A stretch of DNA of 64,000 bases, taken from contig BROI01000027.1 of assembly GCA_027923505.1 (NCBI GenBank), forward strand, positions 186,001-250,000. The letters are read 5' to 3'. A program made the position numbers and the translations under genes. This document shows positions 10,901-22,998 of this stretch, piece by piece. Origin of the DNA: Mayamaea pseudoterrestris (Eukaryota). The number at the start of each line of letters is the position of its first letter. The stretch's first letter is position 1. The notes beneath the pieces were generated by a model. The model had not been told where the DNA came from, did no database searches, and saw only the letters and a list, made by a program, of their open reading frames with translations.

Positions 10901-13900
10901 GGGCTGAGACTGGTGACAAGTTGTCACCAAATACATTGCCATCCCCTGAGACACCAGCCAAGCCTGCCATCTTGTAGCGCAGCCTGAACAATGATGTTGG
11001 CACCATTCTGGTGCAATTTGGGCACCTACAGGGCTTGCTGTAGGGGGGTTTGAATGTCACAGCATCTGCGGGCTGAGACTGGTGACACGTTGTCACCAAA
11101 TACATTGCCATCCCCTGAGACACCAGCCAAGAATACCATCTTGTAGCGCAGCCTGAACAATGATGTTGGCACCATTCTGGTGTATTTTGGGCACCTACAG
11201 GGTTTGCTGTAGGGGCGTTTGAATGTCACGGCATCTGCGGGCTGAGACTGGTGACAAGTTGTCACCAAATACATTGCCATCCCCTGAGACACCAGCCAAG
11301 GATACCATCTTGTAGCACAGCCTGAATAATGATGTTGGCACCATTCTGTTGCAATTTGGGCACCTACAGGGCCTGCTGTAGGGGGTTTGAATGTCACGGC
11401 ATCTGCGGGCTGAGACTGGTGACAAGTTGTCACCAAATACATTGCCATCCCCTGAGACACCAGCCAAGCCTACCATCTTGTAGCGCAGCCTGAACAATGA
11501 TGTTGGCACCATTCTGGTGTATTTTGGGCACCTACAGGGCTTGCTGTAGGGGCGTTTGAATGTCACGGCATCTGCGGGCTGAGACTGGTGACACGTTGTC
11601 ACCAAATACATTGCCATCCCCTGAGACACCAGCCAAGTAATACAATCTTGTACTGCAGCCTGAACAATGATGTTGGCACCATTCTGGTGTATTTTGGGCA
11701 CCTACAGGGCTTGCTGTAGGGGCGTTTGAATGTCACGGCATCTGCGGGCTGAGACTGGTGACAAGTTGTCACCAAATACATTGCCATCCCCTGAGACACC
11801 AGCCAAGCCTACCATCTTGTAGCGCAGCCTGAACAATGATGTTGGCACCATTCTGGTGTAATTTGGGCACCTACAGGGCTTGCTGTAGGGGGGTTTGAAT
11901 GTCACAGCATCTGCGGGCTGAGACTGGTGACACGTTGTCACCAAATACATTGCCATCCCCTGAGACACCAGCCAAGAATACCATCTTGTAGCGCAGCCTG
12001 AACAATGATGTTGGCACCATTCTGGTGTATTTTGGGCACCTACAGGGTTTGCTGTAGGGGCGTTTGAATGTCACGGCATCTGCGGGCTGAGACTGGTGAC
12101 AAGTTGTCACCAAATACATTGCCATCCCCTGAGACACCAGCCAAGGATACCATCTTGTAGCACAGCCTGAATAATGATGTTGGCACCATTCTGTTGCAAT
12201 TTGGGCACCTACAGGGCCTGCTGTAGGGGGTTTGAATGTCACGGCATCTGCGGGCTGAGACTGGTGACAAGTTGTCACCAAATACATTGCCATCCCCTGA
12301 GACACCAGCCAAGCCTACCATCTTGTAGCGCAGCCTGAACAATGATGTTGGCACCATTCTGGTGTAATTTGGGCACCTACAGGGCTTGCTGTAGGGGCGT
12401 TTGAATGTCACGGCATCTGCGGGCTGAGACTGGTGACAAGTTGTCACCAAATACATTGCCATCCCCTGATACACCAGCCAAGCCTACCATCTTGTAGCGC
12501 AGCCTGAACAATGATGTTGGCACCATTCTGGTGCAATTTGGGCACCTACAGGGCTTGCTGTAGGGGGGTTTGAATGTCACGTCATCTGCGGGCTGAGACT
12601 GGTGACAAGTTGTCACCAAATACATTTCCATCCCCTGAGACACCAGCCAAGAATACCATCTTGTTGCGCAGCCTCAACAATGATGTTGGCACCAAACTGG
12701 TGTAATTTGGGCACCTACCGGGCTTGCTGTAGGGGCGTTTGAATGTCACGGCATCTGCGGGCTGAGACTGGTGACACGTTGTCACCAAATACATTGCCAT
12801 CCCCTGAGACACCAGCCAAGCCTACCATCTTGTAGCGCAGCCTGAACAATGATGTTGGCACCATTCTGGTGTATTTTGGGCACCTACAGGGCTTGCTGTA
12901 GGGGCGTTTGAATGTCACGGCATCTGCAGGCTGAGACTGGTGACAAGTTGTCACCAAATACATTGCCATCCCCTGAGACACCAGCCAAGCCTGCCATCTT
13001 GTAGCGCAGCCTGAACAATGATGTTGGCACCATTCTGGTGCAATTTGGGCACCTACAGGGCTTGCTGTAGGGGGGTTTGAATGTCACGGCATCTGCGGGC
13101 TGAGACTGGTGACAAGTTGTCACCAAATACATTGCCATCCCCTGAGACACCAGCCAAGAATACCATCTTGTAGCGCAGCCTGAACAATGATGTTGGCACC
13201 ATTCTGGTGTAATTTGGGCACCTACAGGGCTTGCTGTAGGGGCGTTTGAATGTCACGGCATCTGCGGGCTGAGACTGGTGACAAGTTGTCACCAAATACA
13301 TTGCCATCCCCTGAGACACCAGCCAAGGATACCATCTTGTAGCACAGCCTGAATAATGATGTGGGGGTTTGAATGTCACAGCATCTGCGGGCTGAGACTG
13401 GTGACACGTTGTCACCAAATACATTGCCATCCCCTGAGACACCAGCCAAGAATACCATCTTGTAGCGCAGCCTGAACAATGATGTTGGCACCATTCTGGT
13501 GTATTTTGGGCACCTACAGGGTTTGCTGTAGGGGCGTTTGAATGTCACGGCATCTGCGGGCTGAGACTGGTGACAAGTTGTCACCAAATACATTGCCATC
13601 CCCTGAGACACCAGCCAAGGATACCATCTTGTAGCACAGCCTGAATAATGATGTTGGCACCATTCTGTTGCAATTTGGGCACCTACAGGGCCTGCTGTAG
13701 GGGGTTTGAATGTCACGGCATCTGCGGGCTGAGACTGGTGACAAGTTGTCACCAAATACATTGCCATCCCCTGAGACACCAGCCAAGCCTACCATCTTGT
13801 AGCGCAGCCTGAACAATGATGTTGGCACCATTCTGGTGTATTTTGGGCACCTACAGGGCTTGCTGTAGGGGCGTTTGAATGTCACGGCATCTGCGGGCTG

Positions 13901-16900
13901 AGACTGGTGACACGTTGTCACCAAATACATTGCCATCCCCTGAGACACCAGCCAAGTAATACAATCTTGTACTGCAGCCTGAACAATGATGTTGGCACCA
14001 TTCTGGTGTATTTTGGGCACCTACAGGGCTTGCTGTAGGGGCGTTTGAATGTCACGGCATCTGCGGGCTGAGACTGGTGACAAGTTGTCACCAAATACAT
14101 TGCCATCCCCTGAGACACCAGCCAAGCCTACCATCTTGTAGCGCAGCCTGAACAATGATGTTGGCACCATTCTGGTGTAATTTGGGCACCTACAGGGCTT
14201 GCTGTAGGGGGGTTTGAATGTCACAGCATCTGCGGGCTGAGACTGGTGACACGTTGTCACCAAATACATTGCCATCCCCTGAGACACCAGCCAAGAATAC
14301 CATCTTGTAGCGCAGCCTGAACAATGATGTTGGCACCATTCTGGTGTATTTTGGGCACCTACAGGGTTTGCTGTAGGGGCGTTTGAATGTCACGGCATCT
14401 GCGGGCTGAGACTGGTGACAAGTTGTCACCAAATACATTGCCATCCCCTGAGACACCAGCCAAGGATACCATCTTGTAGCACAGCCTGAATAATGATGTT
14501 GGCACCATTCTGTTGCAATTTGGGCACCTACAGGGCCTGCTGTAGGGGGTTTGAATGTCACGGCATCTGCGGGCTGAGACTGGTGACAAGTTGTCACCAA
14601 ATACATTGCCATCCCCTGAGACACCAGCCAAGCCTACCATCTTGTAGCGCAGCCTGAACAATGATGTTGGCACCATTCTGGTGTAATTTGGGCACCTACA
14701 GGGCTTGCTGTAGGGGCGTTTGAATGTCACGGCATCTGCGGGCTGAGACTGGTGACAAGTTGTCACCAAATACATTGCCATCCCCTGATACACCAGCCAA
14801 GCCTACCATCTTGTAGCGCAGCCTGAACAATGATGTTGGCACCATTCTGGTGCAATTTGGGCACCTACAGGGCTTGCTGTAGGGGGGTTTGAATGTCACG
14901 TCATCTGCGGGCTGAGACTGGTGACAAGTTGTCACCAAATACATTTCCATCCCCTGAGACACCAGCCAAGAATACCATCTTGTTGCGCAGCCTCAACAAT
15001 GATGTTGGCACCAAACTGGTGTAATTTGGGCACCTACCGGGCTTGCTGTAGGGGCGTTTGAATGTCACGGCATCTGCGGGCTGAGACTGGTGACACGTTG
15101 TCACCAAATACATTGCCATCCCCTGAGACACCAGCCAAGCCTACCATCTTGTAGCGCAGCCTGAACAATGATGTTGGCACCATTCTGGTGTATTTTGGGC
15201 ACCTACAGGGCTTGCTGTAGGGGCGTTTGAATGTCACGGCATCTGCAGGCTGAGACTGGTGACAAGTTGTCACCAAATACATTGCCATCCCCTGAGACAC
15301 CAGCCAAGCCTGCCATCTTGTAGCGCAGCCTGAACAATGATGTTGGCACCATTCTGGTGCAATTTGGGCACCTACAGGGCTTGCTGTAGGGGGGTTTGAA
15401 TGTCACGGCATCTGCGGGCTGAGACTGGTGACAAGTTGTCACCAAATACATTGCCATCCCCTGAGACACCAGCCAAGAATACCATCTTGTAGCGCAGCCT
15501 GAACAATGATGTTGGCACCATTCTGGTGTAATTTGGGCACCTACAGGGCTTGCTGTAGGGGCGTTTGAATGTCACGGCATCTGCGGGCTGAGACTGGTGA
15601 CAAGTTGTCACCAAATACATTGCCATCCCCTGAGACACCAGCCAAGGATACCATCTTGTAGCACAGCCTGAATAATGATGTTGGCACCATTCTGTTGCAA
15701 TTTGGGCACCTACAGGGCTTGCTGTAGGGGGTTTGAATGTCACGGCATCTGCGGGCTGAGACTGGTGACAAGTTGTCACCAAATACATTGCCATCCCCTG
15801 AGACACCAGCCAAGCCTACCATCTTGTAGCGCAGCCTGAATAATGATGTTGGCACCATTCTGGTGTAATTTGGGCACCTACAGGGCTTGCTGTAGGGGCG
15901 TTTGAATGTCACGGCATCTGCGGGCTGAGACTGGTGACAAGTTGTCACCAAATACATTGCCATCCCCTGAGACACCAGCCAAGCCTACCATCTTGTAGCG
16001 CAGCCTGAACAATGATGTTGGCACCATTCTGGTGCAATTTGGGCACCTACAGGTCTTGCTGTAGGGGTGTTTGAATGTCACGGCATCTGCGGGCTGAGAC
16101 AGGTGACAAGTTGTCACCAAATACATTGCCATCCCCTGAGACACCAGCCAAGCTTACCATCTTGTAGCGCAGCCTGAAAATGATGTTGTCACCATTTCTG
16201 GTGTGATTTGGGCACCTACAGGGCTTGCTGTAGGGGCGTTTGAATGTCACGGCATCTGCGGGCTGAGACTGGTGACACGTTGTCACCAAATACATTTTCA
16301 TCCCCTGAGACACCAGCCAAGTAATACAATCTTGTAGCGCAGCCTCAACAATGATGTTGGCACCATTCTGGTGTATTTTGGGCACCTACAGGGCTTGCTG
16401 TAGGGGTGTTTGAATGTCACGGCATCTGCAGGCTGAGACTGGTGACAAGTTGTCACCAAATACATTGCCATCCCCTGAGACACCAGCCAAGCCTACCATC
16501 TTGTAGCGCAGCCTGAATAATGATGTTGGCACCATTCTGGTGCAATTTGGGCACCTACAGGGCTTGCTGTAGGGGCGTTTGAATGTCACGGCATCTGCGG
16601 GCTGAGACTGGTGACAAGTTGTCACCAAATACATTGCCATCCCCTGAGACACCAGCCAAGCCTACCATCTTGTAGCGCAGCCTGAACAATGATGTTGGCA
16701 CCATTCTGGTGTATTTTGGGCACCTACAGGGCTTGCTGTAGGGGCGTTTGAATGTCACGGCATCTGCGGGCTGAGACTGGTGACAAGTTGTCACCAAATA
16801 CATTGCCATCCCCTGAGACACCAGCCAAGCCTACCATCTTGTAGCGCAGCCTGAATAATGATGTTGGCACCATTCTGGTGTATTTTGGGCACCTACAGGG

Positions 16901-19900
16901 CTTGCTGTAGGGGCGTTTGAATGTCACGGCATCTGCGGGCTGAGACTGGTGACAAGTTGTCACCAAATACATTGCCATCCCCTGAGACACCAGCCAAGCC
17001 TACCATCCTGTAGCGCAACCTCAACACTGATGTTGGCACCATTCTGGTGTATTTTGGGCACCTACCGGGTTAGCTGTAGGGGCGTTTGAATGTCATGGCA
17101 TCTGCAGGCTGAGACTGGTGACAAGTTGTCACCAAATACATTGCCATCCCCTGAGACACCAGCCAGGCATACCATCTTGTAGCGCAGACGGATTAATGAT
17201 GTTGGCACCATTCTGGTGTAATTTGGGCACCTACAGGGCCTGCTGTAGGTGTGTTTGAATGTCATGACATCTGCGGGCTGAGACTGGTGACAAGTTGTCA
17301 CCAAATACATTGCCATCCCCTGAGACACCAACCAAGCCTACCATCCTGTAGCGCAGCCTGAATAATGATGTTGGCACCATTCTGGTGTATTTTGGGTACC
17401 TACAGGGCTTGCTGTAGGGGCGTTTGAATGTCACGGCATCTGCGGGCTGAGACTGGTGACAAGTTGTCACCAAATACATTGCCATCCCCTGAGACACCAG
17501 CCAAGCCTACCATCTTGTAGCGCAGCCTGAATAATGATGTTGGCACCATTCTGGTGTAATTTGGGCACCTACAGGGCTTGCTGTAGGGGGGTTGAATGTC
17601 ACGGCATCTGCGGGCTGAGACTGGTGACAAGTTGTCACCAAATACATTGCCATCCCCTGAGACACCAGCCAAGCTTACCATGTTGTGTCACAGCCGGAAT
17701 ATTGATGTTGGCACCAATCTGGTGTATTTTGGGCACCTACCGGGCTTGCTGTAGGGGCAATTGGATGTCACGGCATCTGCGGGCTGAGACTGGTGACAAG
17801 TTGTCACCAAATACATTACCATCCCCTGAGACACCAGCCAAGCTTACCATCTTGTAGCGCAGCCTGAATAATGATGTTGGCACCCTTCTAGTGTAATTTG
17901 GGCACCTACAGGGCTTGCTGTAGAGGCGTTTGAATCTCATGGCATCTGCGGGCTGAGACTGGTGACACGTTGTCACCAAATACACTGCCATCCCCTGATA
18001 CACCAGCCAAGCCTACCATCTTGTAGCGCAGCCTGAACAATGATGTTGGCACCATTCTGGTGCAATTTGGGCACCTACAGGGCTTGCTGTAGGGGGGTTT
18101 GAATGTCACGGCATCTGCGGGCTGAGACTGGTGACAAGTTGTCACCAAATACATTGCCATCCCCTGAGACACCAGCCAAGCCTACCATCTTGTAGCGCAG
18201 CCTGAATAATGATGTTGGCACCATTCTGGTGTAATTTGGGCACCTACAGGGCTTGCTGTAGGGGCGTTTGAATGTCACGGCATCTGTGGGCTGAGACTGG
18301 TGACAAGTTGTCACCAAATACATTGCCATCCCCTGAGACACCAGCCAAGCCTACAATCTTGTAGCGCAGCCTCACCAATAATGTTGGCACCATACTGGTG
18401 TATTTTGGGCACCTACAGGGCTTGTTGTAGGGGCGTTTGAATGTCATGGCATCTGCGGGCTGAGACTGGTGACAAGTTGTCACCAAATACAATGCCATCC
18501 CCTGAGACACCAGCCAACAATGATGTCGGCACCATACTGGTGTATTTTGGGCACCTACAGGGCTTGTTGTAGGGGCGTTTGAATGTCATGGCATCTGCGG
18601 GCTGAGACTGGTGACAAGTTGTCACCAAATACATTGCCATCCCCTGAGACACCAGCCAAGCCTACCATCTTGTAGCGCAGCCTGAACAATGATGTTGGCA
18701 CCATTCTGGTGCAATTTGGGCACCTACAGGGTTTGCTGTAGGGGCGTTTGAATGTCCTGGCATCTGCGGGCTGAGACTGGTGACAAGTTGTCACCAAATA
18801 CATTGCCATCCACTGAGACACCAGCCAAGCCTACCATCTTGTAGCGCAGCCTCAACAATGATGTTGGCGCCATTCTGTTGCAATTTGGGCACCTACCGGG
18901 TTTGCTGTAGGGGCGTTTGAATGTCACGGCATCTGCGGGCTGAGACTGGTGACACGTTGTCACCAAATACATTTTCATCCCCTGAGACACCAGCCAAGCC
19001 TACAATCTTGTTGCGCAGCCTCCCCAATGATGTTGGCACCATACTGGTGTATTTTGGGCACCTACAGGGCTTGTTGTAGGGGCGTTTGAATGTCATGGCA
19101 TCTGCGGGCTGAGACTGGTGACAAGTTGTCACCAAATACATTGCCATCCCCTGAGACGCCAGCCAAGAATACAATCTTTTAGCGCAGCCTGAACAATGAT
19201 GTTGGCACCATACTGGTGTATTTTGGGCACCTACAGGGCTTGTTGTAGGGGCGTTTGAATGTCATGGCATCTGCGGGCTGAGACTGGTGACAAGTTGTCA
19301 CCAAATACATTGCCATCCCCTGAGACACCAGCCAAGCCTACCATCTTGTAGCGCAGCCTGAGCAATGATGTTGGCACCATTCTGGTGCAATTTGGGCACC
19401 TACAGGGTTTGCTGTAGGGGCGTTTGAATGTCCTGGCATCTGCGGGCTGAGACTGGTGACAAGTTGTCACCAAATACATTGCCATCCACTGAGACACCAG
19501 CCAAGCCTACCATCTTGTAGCGCAGCCTCAACAATGATGTTGGCGCCATTCTGTTGCAATTTGGGCACCTACCGGGTTTGCTGTAGGGGCGTTTGAATGT
19601 CACGGCATCTGCGGGCTGAGACTGGTGACACGTTGTCACCAAATACATTTTCATCCCCTGAGACACCAGCCAAGCCTACAATCTTGTTGCGCAGCCTCCC
19701 CAATGATGTTGGCACCATACTGGTGTATTTTGGGCACCTACAGGGCTTGTTGTAGGGGCTTTTGAATGTCATGGCATCTGCGGGCTGAGACTGGTGACAA
19801 GTTGTCACCAAATACATTGCCATCCCCTGAGACACCAGCCAAGAATACAATCTTGTAGCGCAGCCTGAACAATGATGTTGGCACCATACTGGTGTATTTT

Positions 19901-22550
19901 GGGCACCTACAGGGCTTGTTGTAGGGGCGTTTGAATGTCATGGCATCTGCGGGCTGAGACTGGTGACAAGTTGTCACCAAATACATTGCCATCCCCTGAG
20001 ACACCAGCCAAGCCTACCATCTTGTAGCGCAGCCTGAGCAATGATGTTGGCACCATTCTGGTGCAATTTGGGCACCTACAGGGTTTGCTGTAGGGGCGTT
20101 TGAATGTCCTGGCATCTGCGGGCTGAGACTGGTGACAAGTTGTCACCAAATACATTGCCATCCCCTGAGACACCAGCCAAGCCTACCATCTTGTAGCGCA
20201 GCCTGAACAATGATGTTGGCACCATTCTGGTGTATTTTGGGAACCTACAGGGTTTGCTGTAGGGGCGTTTGAATGTCACGGCATCTGCGGGCTGAGACTG
20301 GTGACACGTTGTCACCAAATACATTTTCATCCCCTGAGACACCAGCCAAGTAATACAATCTTGTAGTGCAGCCTGAACAATGATGTTGACACCATTCTGG
20401 TGTATTTTGGGCACCTACAGGGTTTGCTGTAGGGGCGTTTGAATGTCACGGCATCTGCAGGCTGAGACTGGTGACAAGTTGTCACCAAATACATTGCCAT
20501 CCCCTTATACACCAGCCAAGCCTACCATCTTATAGCGCAGCCTGAACAATGACGTTGGCACCATTCTGGTGCAATTTGGGCACCTAGAGGGCTTGCTGTA
20601 GGGGGGTTTGAATGTCAGGTCATCTGCGGGCTGAGACTGGTGACAAGTTGTCACCAAATACATTGCCATCCCCTGAGACACCAGCCAAGCCTACCATCCT
20701 GTAGCGCAGCCTGAATAATGATGTTGGCACCATTCTGGTGTGATTTGGGTGTCTACATGGCATGTAATATGGGCGTTTGAATGTCACGGCATCTGCGGGC
20801 TGAGACTGGTGACAAGTTGTCACCAAATACATTGCCATCCCCTGAGACACCAGCCAAGCTTACCATCTTGTAGCGCAGGCTGAGTAATGATGTTGGCACC
20901 ATTCTGGTGTAAATTGGGCACCTACAGGGCTTGCTGTAGGGGCGTTTGAATGACACGGCGTCTGCGGGCTGAGACTGGTGACAAGTTGTCACCAAATACA
21001 TTGCCATCCCCTGAGACACTATGCAAGCCTACCATCTTGTAGCGCAGCCTGAATATTGATGTTGGCACCATTCTAGTGTAATTTGGGCACCTACAGGGCT
21101 TGCTGTAGGGGCGTTTGAATGTCACGGCATCTGCGGGCTGAGACTGGTGACAAGTTGTCACCAAATACATTGCCATCCCCTGAGACACCAGCCAAGCTTT
21201 CCATCTTGTAGAGCAGCCGGAATAATGATGTTGGCACCATTCTGGTGTAATTTGGGCACCTACAGGGCTTGCTGTAGGTGCGTTTGAATGTCACGGCATC
21301 TGCGGGCTGAGACTGGTGACAAGTTGTCACCAAATACATTACCATCCCCTGAGACACCAGCCAAGCCTATCATCTTGTAGCGTAGCCTGAATTATGATGT
21401 TGGCACCATTCTGGTTAATTTTGGGCACCTACAGGGCTTGCTGTAGGGGCGTTTGAATGTCACAGCATCTGCGGGCTGAGACTGGTGACAAGTTGTCACC
21501 AAATACATTGCCATCCCCTGAGACACCAGCCAAGCCTACCATCTAGTAGCGCAGCCTGAACAATGATATTGGCACCATTCTGGTGTAATTTGGGCACCTA
21601 CAGGGCTTGCTGTAGGGGGGTTTGAATGTCACAGCATCTGCGGGCTGAGACTGGTGACAAGTTGTCACCAAATACATTGCCATCCCCTTAGACACCAGCC
21701 AAGCTTACCATCTTGTAGCGCAGACGGATTAATGATGTTGGCACCATTCTTGTGTAATTTGGGCACCTACCGGGCTTGCTGTAGAGGCAATTAAATGTCA
21801 CGGCATCTGTGGGCTAAGACTGGTGACAAGTTCTCACCAGTCACATTGCAGTCTACTTGGGCACCCAACAGGTATACCACCTTGTAGACCAAATGGATTT
21901 ATGATGTTGGTACCATTCTGGTGTGAAATGGGTGTGTACATGGCATTTTATATGGGCAATTGAATGTCGAGGCATCTGTGGGGTGAGATTGGTGACAACT
22001 TGTCACCAATCACATTGCAGTCTACTGAGACACCAGCCAGGCATACCATCTTGTAGCGCAGACTGAACAATGATGTTGGCACCATTCTTGTGAAATTTAA
22101 GCACCTATCGGGCTTGCTGTAGGGGGGTTAGAATGTTACGGCATCTGCGGGCTGAGACTGGTGACAAGTTGTCACCAAATACATTGCCATCCCCTGAGAC
22201 ACCAGCCAAGCCTACCATCCTGTAGCGCAGCCTGAAGCATAATGCTGGCACCATTCTGGTGTGAATTGGGTGTATACATGGCATGATATATGGGCAATTG
22301 ATTGTCACGGCATCTGCAGGCTGAGACTGGTGACAACTTGTCACCAATCACATTGCAGTCTGCTGAGACACCAGCCAGGCATACCATTTTATAGCGCAGA
22401 CTGTATAATGATGTTGGCACCATGCTGGTGTGATTTATACATGGCTTGTTATAAGGCATGGCAGCTGCTGGCTGAGACTGGTGACAAGTTATCACCAATC
22501 ACATTGCAGTCATTGAGACACCAACCAGTCGCATATTCTTGTAGCGCACC
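7953..22550 (+). repeat. Satellite DNA array of about 86 head-to-tail 169-bp monomers (about 53% GC in the consensus)
   Basis: Consensus GGGCACCTACAGGGCTTGCTGTAGGGGCGTTTGAATGTCACGGCATCTGCGGGCTGAGACTGGTGACAAGTTGTCACCAAATACATTGCCATCCCCTGAGACACCAGCCAAGCCTACCATCTTGTAGCGCAGCCTGAACAATGATGTTGGCACCATTCTGGTGTATTTT. The 169-bp period is also visible in the ORF track (9336, 9505, 9674...). Confidence 0.99.
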
Positions 22551-22998
22551 TGTAAGTGTGATGATTCAAAGCCCCCATTTGTATACTCAATCACACTTTT
22601 TGTGTGTCTTGTTGGATGATAGACGATGCACATTTTTCCACAAGTTTAGCGCAAAGGTTGCTTTTATACACTTGCATCATCAAACACCATCATTAATTTT
22701 ATATGCATCTACATTCAATACAAACTGTCATCCAAAGAGTATTTTACTCAAACACCACCATGTCCATACACCAGGCCCCCTGGAGAGAATAACGACGAAT
22801 GGTGATCAAAGCAAAAGGCGTCGGTAGATTATGTCGCACTAAGTCCCGGTACGAGCTTCATGTACCACGATCCGTTGATTTCGCGCGTGTCGGCGATAAA
22901 AGCGTTCGACGACACAATCCTTTGATACATCGTTGAACTTTAATCTGACCTTCAATTCGACTCTCAAGCTGCGGTCGTAGAGAAGACGAAGCAATAGC

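Noticed and set aside
7964..22498. Dozens of near-identical minus-strand ORFs (MSQGMAMYLVTTCHQSQPADAVTFKRP...)
   Set aside because: They are by-products of the 169-bp repeat. The unit length is not a multiple of 3, the ORFs overlap in rotating frames, and indel variants ignore frame.
7953..22550. CRISPR-like appearance (palindromic repeats at regular spacing)
   Set aside because: The sequence between palindromes is itself repeated, so there are no unique spacers. There are no cas genes and the context is eukaryotic.
7953..22550. Tandem 5S rRNA, tRNA or snRNA gene array
   Set aside because: I could not recognise 5S, tRNA cloverleaf or snRNA features in the monomer on either strand. An Rfam/Infernal scan would be the definitive test.
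22551..22790. Possible terminal repeat matching the left flank (TTTTAT..GCATC...TCCAAAGAGT near 6635-6675 and 22695-22740)
   Set aside because: Only short patchy identity, not enough to call LTRs, TIRs or a TSD by eye.
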